In this document: positions 42,551 to 58,406 of the stretch, piece by piece | Layout of the letters: every line of letters begins with the position of its first letter | Position numbering within the stretch: the stretch's first letter is position 1 | Assembly (NCBI RefSeq): GCF_009914755.1 | Contig: NC_060929.1 | DNA: 64,000 bases | Direction: 5' to 3' (one strand) | Source: the human T2T-CHM13v2.0 reference genome, Homo sapiens | Made by a program: the position numbers and the translations under genes | Notes under the pieces: model-generated | Database searches by the model: none | Seen by the model: the letters and a program-made list of their open reading frames with translations, nothing else | What the model was told of the DNA's origin: nothing

Positions 42551-44809
42551 ATTTAGATTTTTTAAATATTTGTATTGAATGCATAAAAATAAACATGTTA
42601 GAATCAAACGATATATGGTAGTCAGTTGCTTTTAAAGACATTATTTGAAACATCTTATTTTTTAAAACTGTCATGTCCATAAAATGCTGTTTAATGAATT
42701 AGTGGCAATGATTTCAATAGCATGACATTAAGGGTTATCATTATATCATTTTAGTAGTGATTGACATGCATGTAAAAATGTACACTGTTCTGTTACAAAA
42801 TATACCGCTAGACTTTCCAAAACTGCCCATGGATCAATTACCTTCATAATAAATGAAGAATTCATCTTTAGTTTTAAAGAATAAATTAATAGCTTATTTT
42901 TTATCTCCATGTCTTATTTTCATAGATATTCATTTTTTAAAATTCAGGTACCACCATATTTTGCTCAATTGTACATGGTATCAATTTACTATGTTACAGT
43001 GGGTATGCCATTTTATAGGCTCAAAAGAAGTCAAACGTGGAAGTAGGAATATCCAATTTATTAAAATGCATCTGTTACTCTTTCTGATATTGAATGAGCC
43101 TATTCTTTTTGGTGATCTTACATTTCTTAATGTAATATGGGAGCTACAGGGGGAGCTGAGAAAATATTTCTATCAAAAATATACTTTATGATATTAAAAT
43201 AAAATAATAATTGAAGGATACAACTTTTTAACTTGTAATTAAGGTTAAATATTAAAATGGGTATTATCCCCTTAGTTCATAAATGTTAATTGTTTTAATT
43301 TTACCAGTAATATCATCCCAGTTTTATATATTTATGAAATGTCTTTTCTTTTACTGATGGTGGTTTAAAACATGTATTATTTTCCTTTTAAAAATGCAAC
43401 TTCACAAAAAAGAGAAGAAAAAGAGGGTAAACCCACCATTTGGCAGCCTGTTTCTATTCATTCACATCTTTCTGTAACATTATCCTTTTGATCTATTGGG
43501 CTGCAGCAAAAGATGAAAGTTTCATGGTACGTGAGCCACACTTGCATTACTGTTTTTCAGTTACACAGGGATGAAAAGAAAGTGCTGTCCCTACTCTCTG
43601 ATTATTTTTGCATATGTGTAACTTAGAAAGTGACTGTAAAAACTGAAACTTTCCATCAGTCTAGTTTGCAAAAAGAAAGCTTCTCATGGCCAATGTAGAA
43701 GAATAAACATCTAAGTTCTGATGTTTGAAAAATTAATCCAAGGCCAATGCCTTAGGATTTAAAACATTTAAACTTGCCTTCATTAATGATAATCTATCCA
43801 TTACTAAGGAGATTCACATGTGTTACATAATTACTTCATATCTACCCAGAAGTGGAATCTTTGGAAGCCCCTCCTTTTACTCTCCAGTGGAGAAATAACC
43901 ATGAACCAAGCAACCAAAGTAACTCTCAATCTCAACACTACCATTCTGCACAATATCAGTGTGTCTGTAATCCCTCAACTTCAGGAAAAGAAGGTACAAT
44001 TACAAAGGAGAACAAGTCTGGATATATTGTTTAGACATATTTCCTACACTTAAAAAAGAAACAAAAAACAATATACATTTGCTAAGAACCTAAAAGCCAT
44101 CAGGAAATATATTTGTAGCCAGAGGTTACAAGACAACGTATTCACTTATCTAATTTTATTTGAGGAGAAGGAAGAAAACTTGTTTGGATGCTGATTTAGC
44201 ATTTCAAGCTATAGGAACACAAAGGCTGGTAAGATGTCTCATTGCCAAATGATGCTTTTTCAGAAATTAATGCTAAAAATATAGAATTAAAAATTATCTT
44301 ATAGGCTATCTTTTAAAAAGTCCCTCCTTTTATCAATGAGTAAAGTAAAATAAAGTGAGATTATACACTGACGGAGATGAAAATCAGAGGTTTTAGTTCG
44401 GTGGAATAATGAAGATTATCTGATACAAGGTGATACCTGGTGTTCTATATCTAGCTGGGTTTTCGGTATCATACCATGACAGGCATAAATTCTGAACATC
44501 AGTTCTCTAAAAGTGTGAGCAGAATGGCAGAAGACCTAGGTTTTTGCTCATTTTCTTTTCTTCTTTTGATGAGAGTTGCATGCTTATATATTGTAGAAAG
44601 GATAGACCTCTAAAACACTGCTCCCTTAAAATGTAGTGTTGTGTGCTATTCCTGATCCTACAAGGATCTTTGGTCTTGGATAAATGATACATGAGCATGT
44701 TAAAGAAGCTCTTGAAGATTATTTATGATTCAAAGTAATCTAGGCACATACCATTTAAGAAACCACAATTTTAAAAAAAATCTGCCTAGACCTCATCCCA
44801 CTTCTTTCT

Positions 44810-45335
44810 TTATGTATCAATTTGTCAAGTTTTTATTAAGCATATGTACTTTTTTTTCCTCTTCTGGGTGCTGTTCTAGGAAATCAATTCATAAATAAGA
44901 TTGGTAATATTCCTCCCCTCAAGGAGCTTAGAAACCAGTAGTAGGAGATTCATAGAAAACAAGAAAAAAAATAAGTGAATTTCAAAAGTGGTATTTCCAG
45001 TGAAGGATACAGAAAAATATGATAGTGTTTGGGAGAGATAATATTTCACAAAACGATCAAGGAAGGACTCTTTAAGGAGGCGAATTGAAAGACAATCTAA
45101 AAGATAAGAATCTAACCATGAGCAATTTAGGGGAAGAATGTTTCCAAACAGAGGGTTAAGCAAGTACACAATGAGGGAAAAATCAGGGCTTGTATTTTTG
45201 AGGGAGGGAAATAGAGTCCATGTAAATAGAGCACAAGGAATGAGGATAATTTTGGCATGTAACGAAACAGAAAACTTGGCAGGGCAGATTATGAAGCACT
45301 TATGGGCTATCATAAGAAGTATAGATTTATCACAC
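44810..45335 (-). mobile_element. L2 LINE 3' fragment
   Basis: ccctcaaggagcttaga; ggggaagaatgtttccaaacagaggg..caagtac; ggcagggcagattatgaagcactt. Confidence 0.75.
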
Positions 45336-45935
45336 TTTGAAGTTGAAAGAAACAAAAACATTACAACACAGACTGTCCTTTAAGGCAAAAATAATATTAA
45401 TGTTCTTTATTTCCTTAATACTTACCAGAGTGTCTACTATGTAGCAGACAATCAGTAGATATGTGTTTAATTAAACATATAAAATTTGTTGGTAGGAAAT
45501 GGCTGATATTGCTAGTATGAGCAATGTGTTTTTAAGAACCTCACATTTTCATTTCATATCCCATTATTAAATAATATGCCTATGAAGAATGATGTAAGCA
45601 GGGGTGTGGAGCCCACACAGGAACAGAAGTTTAGTGCATTTCTTTTTGGGAATCTCCAGAGTATCTACTTCATGATAAAATGGAAAGCTTTCAATGTGAG
45701 AACCAAACATTTAAAATGTAACCCAGACTGGACCACTCTAAACTGCCTGAGATTTCCTGGCAGGGTCCATTTGCACATATTTTTCAACATTTAAGTAAAT
45801 TCCCATCTCTTTCGTTATAATTTTAACATTTTTTAAAAGGCATCATCAGAAAAGATTCTGTGACGAAGAGCATTACAACACTCACAGGGCACCCACACAT
45901 GCATCCAAAGACTTCAAACTGTATGGGCAGACTTT

Positions 45936-46873
45936 TTTTTTTATTTATTATACTTTAAATTTTAGGGTTCATGTGCACAACGTGCAGGTTAGTTACATAT
46001 GTATACATGTGCCATGTTGGTGTGCTGCACCCATTAACTCGTCATTTAACATTAGGTATATCTCCTAATGCTATCCCTCCCTCCTCCCCCCACCCCACAA
46101 TAGGCCCCGGTGTGTGATGTTCCCCTTCCTGTGTCCACGTGTTCTCATTGTTCAATTCCCACCCATGAGTGAGAACATGTGGTGTTTGGTTTTTTGTCCT
46201 TGCAATAGTTTACTGAGAATGATGGTTTCCAGCTTCATCCATGTCCCTACAAAGGACATGAACTCATCCTTTTTTATGGCTGCATAGTATTCCATGGTGT
46301 ATATGTGCCACATTTTCTTAATCCAGTCTATCGTTGTTGGACATTTGGGTTGGTTCCAAGTCTTTGCTATTGTGAATAGTGCTGCAATAAACATACGTGT
46401 GCATGTGTCTCTATGGCAGCATGACTTATAATCCTTTGGGTATATACCCAGTAATGGGATGGCTGGGTCAAATGGTATTTCTAGTTCTAGATCCCTGAGG
46501 AATCACCACACTGTCTTCCACAATGGTTGAACTAGTTTACAGTCCCACCAACAGTGTGAAAGTGTTCGTGTTTCTCCACATCCTCTCCAGCACCTGTTTT
46601 TTCCTGACTTTTTAATGATTGTCATTCTAACTGGTGTGAGATGGTATCTCATTGTGGTTGTGATTTGCATTTCTCTGATGGCCAGTGATGATGAGCATTT
46701 TTTCATGTGTCTTTTGGCTGCATAAATGTCTTCTTTTGAGAAGTGTCTGCTCATATCCTTCGCCCACTTGTTGATGGGGTTCTTTGTTTTTTTCTTGTAA
46801 ATTTGTTTGAGTTCATTGTAGATTCTGGATATTAGCCCTTTGTCAGTTGAGTAGATTGCAAAAATTTTCTCCC
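45936..46873 (-). mobile_element. 5'-truncated LINE-1 (L1PA4-like)
   Basis: ORFs 46152-46394 and 46503-46898 are L1 ORF2p C-terminus; poly-T at the left end; 13-bp TSD atgggcagacttt at 45923-45935 and 46877-46889. Confidence 0.97.
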
Positions 46874-48214
46874 TGAATGGGCAGACTTTCAACAACACAT
46901 CCTGTATTATTATAGCATTGCTCTGGGATAGTCTGATTCCTGATGTATATAATTACAGGGGCTGAAACAAACCTCAAATCTTTAGCGTGTCCCTGGCCTA
47001 CATAACCATTACCTAGACTTAGCTTTGGCTGAGGAGGAAAGTCCTTTACCGCAGCACTCCTGCTTTAATTTTGTAATTTCTCTCAGAGTCAAATTTACCA
47101 CGAGCCCTCAAAATACAGCGTAGACTTTGAGGGAAAGTAAAATGCCTGCTTTGTATGTTCACAGAGGTATTAATCCAGTGAGCTTCATGGTTCAAATCCA
47201 CTCATGCTTTTTTTTTTTTCTTCGTTGATTGAATCATACTTGCTTTTGGAGAAATGAAGTCTCACCATACAAATTATGTCTCTAGAGTACATTGGACACC
47301 TGGAGAATGCAATGACTTTCAGGCAACTCTGATGCCATGGGGCAGATTCAGATCATTTAGCAATTGACTGATTGCTTTCACCAACTGATAGCCAAGCAGC
47401 TTGAGAGTTAACGTAGAGATCCATGGTTGCAATACCGAAAAGGAGTGTTTGACTATATCCGAGTCATACATTCTCATTACTGTTGGAAACAAGGATTTAT
47501 ATTTGGCATATCTTTCAGTTACACACTATAAAAGAAGAAAATGTTGTGTTCATCCTGGCAGAAACAATATTTTCCCTTTTAGATTTATTTTAAAAATAAT
47601 TTACTGATTGAAAAGTCACACAGGTAAATCTTTTTTTATTATTATTTATTTATTTATTTATTTTTTTAACAGAAATAATGACATTCCCAGACCAGCAGAC
47701 TTCAGTTCAAAATGTTAAACCAGGCACCATCTGGAATATTCATTTTCAAACTCTATGCCAATGGGATCAAACCCTGGCATGCTCGACCTACATTTGATTA
47801 ACATTCTTTTAAAATAGAACTGGCAAATCAAAAGTCCTTTAGATTCCTGACCTTTGCTCAGAGATATAATGACAAGCTTGAGATGGCCTTTGCTATTTAA
47901 TACAGAAAACTTCGACACCTGGCTGCACAGTGAACATGGAATGGAAGAACGTGATATTTAATTATTAGCAAAGTCACACAATTGTCCAGAAACAAAGTCT
48001 ATGAGTTAAATGTATATTGGAGAGCTTAGAAATGTCACTTAAATGCTCCTAGTCAAAATTCCACTGCTTATTAATCTCACGTAGACATTCTCTTGCATGA
48101 GTTATTCACTATTCAATGTGGTGAGAGTTTGGGTTTCCTAATTGCATCCTAAGTTCTGTAAGGGTAAGGGAAGGTACACCCATTATATTATTTCTTCTAT
48201 AGCCTCCATCTCCT

Positions 48215-48570
48215 TTTTATTCATTGTTTTTTGAGTGCCTTCTGTTTTCCGAGCAGCAATACTGAAGGTTGCAAATATTAATATCAGTGTTCCCTGCTCT
48301 TGGGAACTTCAATCTAATGGAAAAGACAGCTATGAAAACAAATAATTATAACATATTGGGAAAAGAGGTATACTATAGGCATGTAAAGAATGTAATGGGA
48401 CAAGAAACGGAACAACCACATTGGCCTGGAGAGTTAGAGAAAGCTTCCCAGAGATTACTTGGGACTTGGCCTTGAAACGTGAGTGGGATTTAAACCACAG
48501 TAAGAAGAGGAATACCATTTTAGGCAATGGCAAACGCCTGAAGGCCCATACGACAGTGTAGAAACATTAG
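48215..48570 (-). mobile_element. L2 LINE 3' fragment
   Basis: ttgagtgccttctgt; ccctgctcttgggaacttcaatctaatgg; gttagagaaagcttcccagag. Confidence 0.7.
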
Positions 48571-48689
48571 TCCTTGTCCTATTTAGCTTTGGCTAGAAGA
48601 AAACACCTTCCCTAGAAATCTTGCTATAACTACATGATTTTAGTAAGAGTAATAGGAACATAATAGGAATGTAAATTCTGACCAATATA

Positions 48690-48940
48690 ATATAGCAGAA
48701 GTATGTGGCTTAAGGCAAGTCATTTGGAGCCAGACTGCCTGGGTACAGATTCCAGCCTGAACACATAAATGCTATGTTACTTTCAGCAAGTTACATAAGT
48801 GTTACAAGCTTCAGTGTCCTGGCCTGTAAATTAAGGACGATATTAGTAACTATCTCACATAAATTATTGTACAGATTAAATAATTATTTTAAAATACTTG
48901 GAAAACTGATGGATTTGTGAAAACTTTTTATAAAAATTAG
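48690..48940 (+). mobile_element. MIR SINE
   Basis: ttggagccagactgcctgggtacagattccagcc...gcaagttac...cttcagtgtcctggcctgtaaa. Confidence 0.85.
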
Positions 48941-48959
48941 CTACAAATGTTTGAATTAA

Positions 48960-50040
<1,081 letters not shown>

Positions 50041-50806
50041 TCTGATGTATTGTAAAGAATTAGTTTCACTACCTTAAAAGTACGCTATGCTTTATCTATG
50101 TCCTTCCCTTCCTATCTCCAAAACCCTAGGAACCACCCATCTTATTTCTGTACTATTTTGCCTTTTCAAGAATGTTGAAAACATACAGTAAGTAGCTTTT
50201 TCATATTGACTTCTTTCACTTAGAAATTTGCTTTTATGATTTCTCTGTTTTTTTTTAATCCTTCATGTCTTATTTCTTTTTATTACTGAACAGTACAGTT
50301 TGCTTATAAATTCACCTACTTATGGACAATTTGGTTGATTCCAAGTTCTGGTAATTATGAATAAGGTTGCTACAGACATGTGCTGGTTTTGTGTGGCCAA
50401 AATTTTCAGTTTATTTAGGTACATCTGAAGAAGCACAATAGCTGGATCATATGGTAAGAGCTTGTTTAATTTTGTAAAATACTGCCAAATTTTTTCAAAG
50501 TGACTATACCATTTTGCATTCCCATCAGCAATGAATGATAGGTCCTGTTGCCCTACATCCTCACCAGCATTTGGTGTTGTCAGTGTTTTGAGTTTTAGCT
50601 TTTCTAATAGGTAATATTTTGTTGTCGATGTTGTTTTAATTTGCAGTTCCCTAACGACATATGATGTTGAGTATTTTTTTATATGCCATTCACTATCTGT
50701 GTATCTTCTTTTGTAAGATATCCACTCAATTTTTTTTCCTTTTTAAAATTGGATTGAGTTTTTTTTTATGTTTAAGAGTTTTGCATATATTGGATATCAG
50801 TCCTTT

Positions 50807-51117
<311 letters not shown>

Positions 51118-53319
51118 GGATACCAGTCCTTTATCACGTTTTTGCAAATATTTTATCCGTCAGTAGTTTATTTTCTCATTCTCTTAACAGTGTCTTTCAC
51201 AGAGCAGAAATTTTCTAATACACCTAGATTTTCTTTTATGTTATGTTTCACATATTTTATAGTTTCACCTTTAACATTTAGGTCTATGACCTCTTTCGAG
51301 TTTTTATTTATTTATTTATTTTGTGAAAGTTACAAGGTAAGTGTCTAAGTTCTTTTCTTTGTATAAGGATGTCAAATTGTTCCATCAACTATCCTTTATT
51401 TATTGAAATATCTTGGATTCTTTGTCAAAGATCAGTTGACTATGTTTGTATGAGTGGATCTATTTCTGGGCTTTCTATTCTTTCCTGCTGATTGATTTAT
51501 TTTTTACCAATGGTATTATTTTGCCAATATCACACACTATTGGTATTGGTAAGATACCATTTTATTACTGTAACTTCACAGTAAGTCTCAAAATCAACTA
51601 ATGTCAATATTCCAAATTTGTTCTTCCTTTTCAGTAGTGTGTTGACCATTTTAGGGTCTTTTGCCTTTCTCTATAAACATTTTAATCAATTTGTTGATAT
51701 CTACATGTTAAGTTACCGGGAGTCAAACTGTGTTGAATCTAGAGATCAAGTAGCAGAGAATTTACATCTTAACAATATTGAGTATTCTTACATATACATG
51801 AGCATGAAATAGCTCTTCATTTACTTGGGTCTTTTAAAATTTTCTTTAGTTTTGCAATTTTCCTCATATAGGTGCTGTACATATTTTGTTAGATTTATAC
51901 ATAATTTGGTTTATTGGTAATGTCAATAGTATTGTTTTTAATTTCTTATTTCAATTATCAATTTCTGGTATATGGGCAATCTATTGACTTTTATATATTA
52001 ACCTTGTAGCTAGCAACCTTGCTATAATTGCTTATTACTTCTGAGAGGTTTACTTGGTTGATTATTGATGACTTTCTACACAGAAAATGATGTCATCTGT
52101 GAACACAAATATTTTCCCCCCAACCTTTCTACCTTTTATTACCTATTATTTTCTTATTGTATTAGTTTTGACTTTCCATAAAATTGTGAGTAGGAGTGGC
52201 TAAGAGGGGATGCATCTTTGGCAGGAAGATTCTTAGGCAGAAAGCGCAACATTTACTATGATGTTAGCTGTAGGTTTTTAGTAGATATTATTTATCAGAA
52301 AGCAGAACTCCCTCTCCATTACTAGGTGTTTAAGGGTGTTATAATTTGTTGAAGAGTTTTTCTCTATTAATATAATATGATCATCTTAATTAGCTTGTTG
52401 ATTGGATGAATTATATTAATTGATTTTCAAATGCTGAACCAGTATTGCATACTTAGATTTTTAAAATATATTGTTGGGTTTGATTTGGTAATATATTTTG
52501 AGAATTTTTTGCATCGTTGTTCATGAGATATGTTTGTCTGTGGTTCAGATATCTTTCAATATTTGTATCTGGTTTTGGTATTAAAGTAATGCTGTTTTCA
52601 CAGAATAAATGTGAAAGTGTTTTGTATGCTTTTGTTTTGTAGATACCTAAACAACTGGAGTACACACTTTTAAAAAGGATTGTACAGAACTTGTATTTTT
52701 TCTTAAATATTGGGTAAAATTCACCAGTAAAATCATCTGAGCTTAGTGCTTACTTTTTTGGACGTTTATCAATTTCTTATTCAATTTCTTTAATATAGGC
52801 TGTTCAGATAAACTAGTTCTCCTTGTGCCAGTTTCCAGTTTCTCTCTTTCATGGAATGGGTCAGTTTTATGTAGGTTATCAAATTTGTGTGAGTATAGTT
52901 GTTCATAATATTCCCATATTAATCTTAAAATATCCACAGGATTATCTCTCATTTTTGATATTAGCAATTTATGTCTTCTCTTGTTTTGTCTTGATTTTTA
53001 TGCCTAGAAGTTTATCCCTTTGTTGAACTTTTTAAAGAAGCAGCTTTGGTCTTGTTGATTTGGCCCATTGACTTCATGTTCGAAACGTTAATGATTTTCC
53101 CTCTAACTTTTATTATTTCTGTCTCGTTGTTTTGGTTTTCCATTGCTCTTCTCCAGTTTATGAAGTTTAAATGATCAATTTTAGATCTTTCTTCTTTCCT
53201 ATTATATGCACTTCATGCTATAAATTTTCCTCTAAGCACTGTTTTTGCTACATCTCACAAATTTTGATAAGTTGCATTTTCATCTTATTTGCTCAAAATA
53301 TTTTAAAAATTTTCAAGAC

Positions 53320-54688
53320 TTTTAAAATAACTTTATTTTAGGTTCATGGGTACACATGCAGGTTTGTTACATAGGTAAACTCGTGTCATGGGGGTTCAGT
53401 GCACAGGTTATTTCATCACCTAGCTACTAAATGTAGTACCTGATAGTTATTTTTCTGATTGTCTCCCTCCTTCTACTTTGCTCCCTCAAGTAGGTCCCAG
53501 TATCTGTTGTTCCTGTCTTTGTGCCCATTGCTTTTTATTATTTAGCTTCCCCTTAAAATTAAGAAAATGCAGCATTTGGTTTTCCTTTCCTGCATTAGTT
53601 TACTAAGGATAATGGCCTCTAGCTCCATCTATGTTGCTGCAAAGAACATAATCTTATTTTTTTTTATGGCTGCATAGTATTTCAGGGTGTTATATGAAGC
53701 AGAAAAATGCAAAAAATAAAAACAAATTTCCTTTCTCCTTTGGCATAAGTAAACTTATGAGCTTATGGATTCCTGTTTTCTGTAACTAGTAACTTCGAGT
53801 ATTCTGTTTTTCATCTAAGCAGCACAGTGAAGGTCATGAGATGCCTGAGCAGGCCTGGATTGCAGCCATCTAGGTGCCATAGTGAAGGTTATGAAATAAG
53901 CCCGTGCAAGGCACTTGAGCAAGCCTAGATAATAGCCACCTGGGCCGCATAGCAAGAGTCACATGTAACCCTGAGTTATGAACCTGTCACAGATTGATTA
54001 ACTGTGTTTGTTCTTCCTCCGTACATTTGCTTTCATGCCACTATGCTTCACGCCACTGTAAGCTTGTTTCAAACTAGCCAACCCCCTTTTTGAAGTGTGT
54101 ATAAGAGTCAAGTCCTGTCTTTGTTCTGGGACCAGTCGCTGGATGTTAATCCACTGGATGTGAGTGCACTCAGTAATGTCCTCCTATTCTACCTACTGGT
54201 CTCTCTAGTCCCCCAAATCCTGCAAAATACATGTACCACCTACATTTTCTTTACCCAGTCAAAAGGTAGCCCAAATAGCCAAGGCATTCCTAAGCAAAAA
54301 TAACAAAGCTGGAGGCATCACATTACCTAACTTTATGCTACAGGACTACTGTAACCAAAACAACATGGTACTTGTACAAAAATAGACACATAGACCAATG
54401 GAACAGGATAGAGAACCCATAAATGAGACCACACATCAACAACTATCTGATCTTTGATAAACCTGATAAAAACAAGCATTCAGGAAAGGATTTATTTTTC
54501 AGTAAGTGGTGCTAGAATAACTGGTTATCCATATGCAAAAGATTGAAATTGGATCCTTTCCTAACACCATATACAAAAAATCAACTGAAGATAAATTAAA
54601 GACTTAAATGTCAAACCTCAAACTATAAAAACTCTGGAAGATAATCTAGGAAATACCATTCTGGGCATAGAAACTGTCAGAGACTTCT
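53320..54688. mobile_element. L1PA15/16-like element with a 5' inversion, nested in L1M
   Basis: 3' UTR on the minus strand (53320-54260, split by an LTR), then plus-strand ORF2 piece (acaaagctggaggcatcacattacct..., 54261-54688); agactt repeated at both ends. Confidence 0.85.
53695..54227 (+). mobile_element. Solo ERV LTR (family uncertain, possibly LTR47/ERVL-type)
   Basis: About 530-bp non-L1 block starting tgaagcag, with TATA-like gtataaga, splitting the L1 motif gcatagtatt..ggtgt|..atgtaccac..cattttcttt. Confidence 0.7.
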
Positions 54689-56811
54689 TATTTGACTCAC
54701 GTGTTAATTTGCAGTGCTTTTTTATTCTCCAAATATTTGGCGATGTTTTTAGCTATCTTTATCTTGCTGATTTTTACTTGTTAATATCTTTCATGACTCA
54801 ACATATACTTTGTCTAGCCGTATGTCCCATGTAAGCTTGAGATGAATGTATATACGACATTTATTGAATGAAAGATTCTATAAATGTCAAATAGATCTAG
54901 ATACTCAATGGTGGTTTTCTGTAAACTGGATGAAGTTATTAATTAGAAACCTTAACATAACAACCCTAGTAGCTGTACATGTTAGAGACTTCAAAGTTTT
55001 TTGTGCTAGTTATTTTTTCTCCCCTCTTTTCTTTGGGTTTCGCTAGATACTCTCTCTTAATTAGAGACTGTGTATTAGGCACTTAATTAGAGATTGTGTA
55101 TTACAGCTCTTGTAGCTAATTCACTGTTTGTATAGTGAAGTCTTATTGATCTGGTTGTAAGGTGATGGGGAGGGAAGCATTCTGTAATCTTATGATTAAA
55201 TCCCATTCTTTTAGTGGTTATGAGTCATTGGGCTATGACCTTTGTGAGCATTTCTTAGCTTTTTAAAATCTCGTCTTATGTGAGAAAGGAAGACTAGGGG
55301 AGTTTGGAGTTGTTTAACTGACATTTTCCTAAGTCAGAAAGGTCCTATAGTGTAGGCCTTTGTTATGGAGAAGTCTCTAGAGATATTTCAAAATGGTTAC
55401 TTCCTTCCCAAGTTTATTTCAAAACAGTGACTGTTCATTATTCCTGCCTGAAACAAGATAAATTATTCTCATACTTTCATTGTGAGTACCTACCTGGTGG
55501 GGCTACAGGAGGTTAAAATCATGAGAGTTCCGCCACAAGATTGGTACCCCAGGAGTTTTCAATTCTCAAGATTAAGTCCCCTTTTGAAAATATGATTTAA
55601 TCCTTTATTATTGGATATCTTGGAGGTGCTATCCAATTGAAATTTACATTTTTGCCTCATTTTAATCCAGGGATAAATTGCTAGCAAATTTCCTCTCTAG
55701 TTGATTTTAAGAGGGCACACAGCACAGCCACCATAGATATCCATTCCTTCCTTGAGATTGCCAGGGAATAATATAATTTTTTTTTAAATCCTGGCATTCT
55801 GAGAATTATCCCTAGGACAGAGTAGCTCATTGTGTAGTAAGTTGTGTTTAATCTCTTTGTGCCAGTGTACTTCACTGTGTTGATGGGTCTGTGTATGCTT
55901 AAGAAATGTTTCTGATTCTTGATTTCTTGATCTGATTGTTTTGGAATGAGTATAGCTTAGCACACACTCACAGCCTTCCAAACCCCAGCATGAAGTGTGA
56001 TTTCAGGAGGGCTCTTGTTGGCAATCTTTCTATAGTTTCCTCTATTTTACCTGTATCATATCCAATGCCTATAGGCGTGCAGTTCTCTATGCTCTTTTCA
56101 AATAAATTCAGTCCTGTCAATTCTTATGGCCTGCCTTTACCCTTAGCAGATCTCAGAGCTACTGCACTGGAACTAGCGTGGGGTGGGCAGGGGTGGGGGG
56201 CCTGGATTTTCCTGAAGTGATGCCTTCACATTATGAATGATCATGGGGTGTGGTCAAACTGAGAAGACCAGACCATACCTTCTGGTCTTCTCAGTTTGAT
56301 TCTTTCCAGCATGGAACCACCACCCTATGAACATTCTGAGGCAAGGGCCATTGGAACCTGATTATTCTCAGATTGCTCTATGTAAAGTAGAGCTTCTACT
56401 CTATGAGTGGGCTGGTGGGAAGGTAGAGGCAGGGAGGCACCTGGTTGTTTTAGCTATGCTTGCATGAAATAGAACACCTGCAACACAGGGTGACAAGGCA
56501 TTAGAAATCCTAACAACCTGCCCTACCCAGAGTGAAACCATAGCCCAAGAGTAGACAATGGTGAAGGGAGAGAGCCCCCATCTTCTAGGTCTCACTTGCA
56601 GGTTGTAGAATACCCAGGGCAAATTTTCTGTTATAGAGAACCTGGGGGAGCAGTGGGGATGGTAAAGGATTGGGTCATGGCTCAAATGCCACAGACTGTT
56701 GCCGTTCTTAGTGAGATTTAGTGCATTTTCTTGATGAAGATTTCTCCATTTGCTGTATCCCTTAGGAAAATTTCTAAAGACTTTAACTGATTGTTAGACA
56801 ACTGCCTCGAT

Positions 56812-57672
56812 TGCTTTTAATTATGATAAAATATATATAACATAAATCTTACTATCATAACCACTTTTAAGTGTACAGTTCAGTGATATTAAATACAACC
56901 AAAATCTTGTGTCACCTTTACCACTATTCATCTTCAGAACTTCCTTCATCTTGTAAAACTGAAACATTATACCCAATAAACAATAATTTTCCATTCCTCT
57001 CTTCCCCTAGTCCCTGAAAACAACCATTTTATTTTTATCTCTGTGGTAATTGACTACACTAAGGACCTCACATAAGTAGAATCATATAATATTTATCTTT
57101 TTGTAACTGGCCTATTTCACTTAGCATAATGTCCTCAAGGCTCATCCGTGTTGTAACACATGCCAGAATTTCCTTCCTTTTTCAGGCTGCATAGTATTCT
57201 ACTGCATGTATATACTGCATTGTGCTTATCCCTGCATCCACAAATGAGTGCTTGGGTTGCCTCCAGATTTTAGCTGTTGTGAATAACACTGCTATGAACA
57301 CGAGTGTGCAAATATCTCCTTGACACTTTCTTTTCAATTTTTTGAATATCGAATATATACCAAGAATAGAATACTGGATAATATAATTCTATTTTTAATT
57401 TTTTGAGGAACCACCAAACTGTTCTCCACAGTAGCTGTACCATTTCACATTCCCAACAACAAAGCACAAGGGTGTTGACACTATCTTGTCAACACTTGTT
57501 ATTTTATAACTTTTTGGTAGTAGCCATGGTAATGGGTATATGATAGTATTTCATTGTAGTTTTGATTTGCATTTTCCAAATGTTTAATGGCATTGAGCAT
57601 CGTTTCATCTGCTTACTGGCCATTTGTATATCTTCTTTGGATAAATGTATATTAAAATTTTTTGCCCATTTT
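56812..57672 (-). mobile_element. L1MB 3' part (host of the PTPRD retrocopy)
   Basis: ccacttttaagtgtacagttcagtgatattaaatac...; ends tttgcccatttt and resumes at 62607. Confidence 0.9.
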
Positions 57673-57714
57673 AATTTTTACTATTTTTCATTTTCTGTGG
57701 TAAACAAAAAATGA

Positions 57715-57720
57715 TTTAAT
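57715..57720 (-). promoter_or_regulatory. Fossil ATTAAA polyadenylation signal of the retrocopied mRNA
   Basis: tttaat on the + strand, about 20 nt from the decayed poly-T tract at 57673-57694. Confidence 0.7.
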
Positions 57721-58094
57721 AGAAAATAATAACAGATATGAAAAACTAATGAAAATATAAACAAAAATCTAAAAATAAATGCTATTAAAATATACATCAA
57801 TTATAAGGCACTCTAAATGCAAAATTAAAACAAATAACAAACCAAAAAAAAAAAAAAAAATTACAGCTCTTCCCAGGAATGCTGTTTGCCACAAAATGTT
57901 TCTTACTGAGCAGAGTAACATGCGTTTTGCTTTGCCTGTGGTACATATCATAAATGCAAATTTCATAGCAGACACTAGAGACAATGTTTCATTGAATACA
58001 CCTTTTAAAACAACTTAATTGCTGAAGTATTACAACATTCTTGCCTTCTAAAGGGATATTCACTGACCTTCCCACACTTATCAGATATTTAAAA

Positions 58095-58406
58095 CTTTTT
58101 TTCTTTTTTTTTTTTTTTTGAGAGGGAGTCTCACTCTGTCACCCAAGCTGGAGTGCAGTGGCGCAATCTCAGCTCGCTGCAACCTCCGCCTCCCATTTTC
58201 AAGCAATTCTCCTGTCTCAGCCTCCCCTCCTGAGTACTTGAGACTACAGGTGCCTGCCAACATGCCTGGCTAATTTTTGTATTTTTAGTAGAGACGGGGT
58301 TTCACCTTGTTAGTCAGGCTGGTCTTGAACTCATGACCTCAGGTGATCCATCTGCCTTCACCTCCCAAAGTTCTGGGATTACAGGCATGAGCCACTGCAC
58401 TCTGCC
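58095..58406 (-). mobile_element. AluSx/Sz inserted in the pseudogene 3' UTR
   Basis: Dimeric Alu with gacctcaggtgatcc; poly-T at the left end. Confidence 0.95.

Noticed and set aside
44876-45383. 161-aa and 81-aa ORFs
   Set aside because: They lie within a decayed L2 and show no recognisable protein features.
55057-55102. Tandem duplication of cttaattagaga(c/t)tgtgtatta
   Set aside because: Two-copy local duplication in an old L1; no spacer structure.
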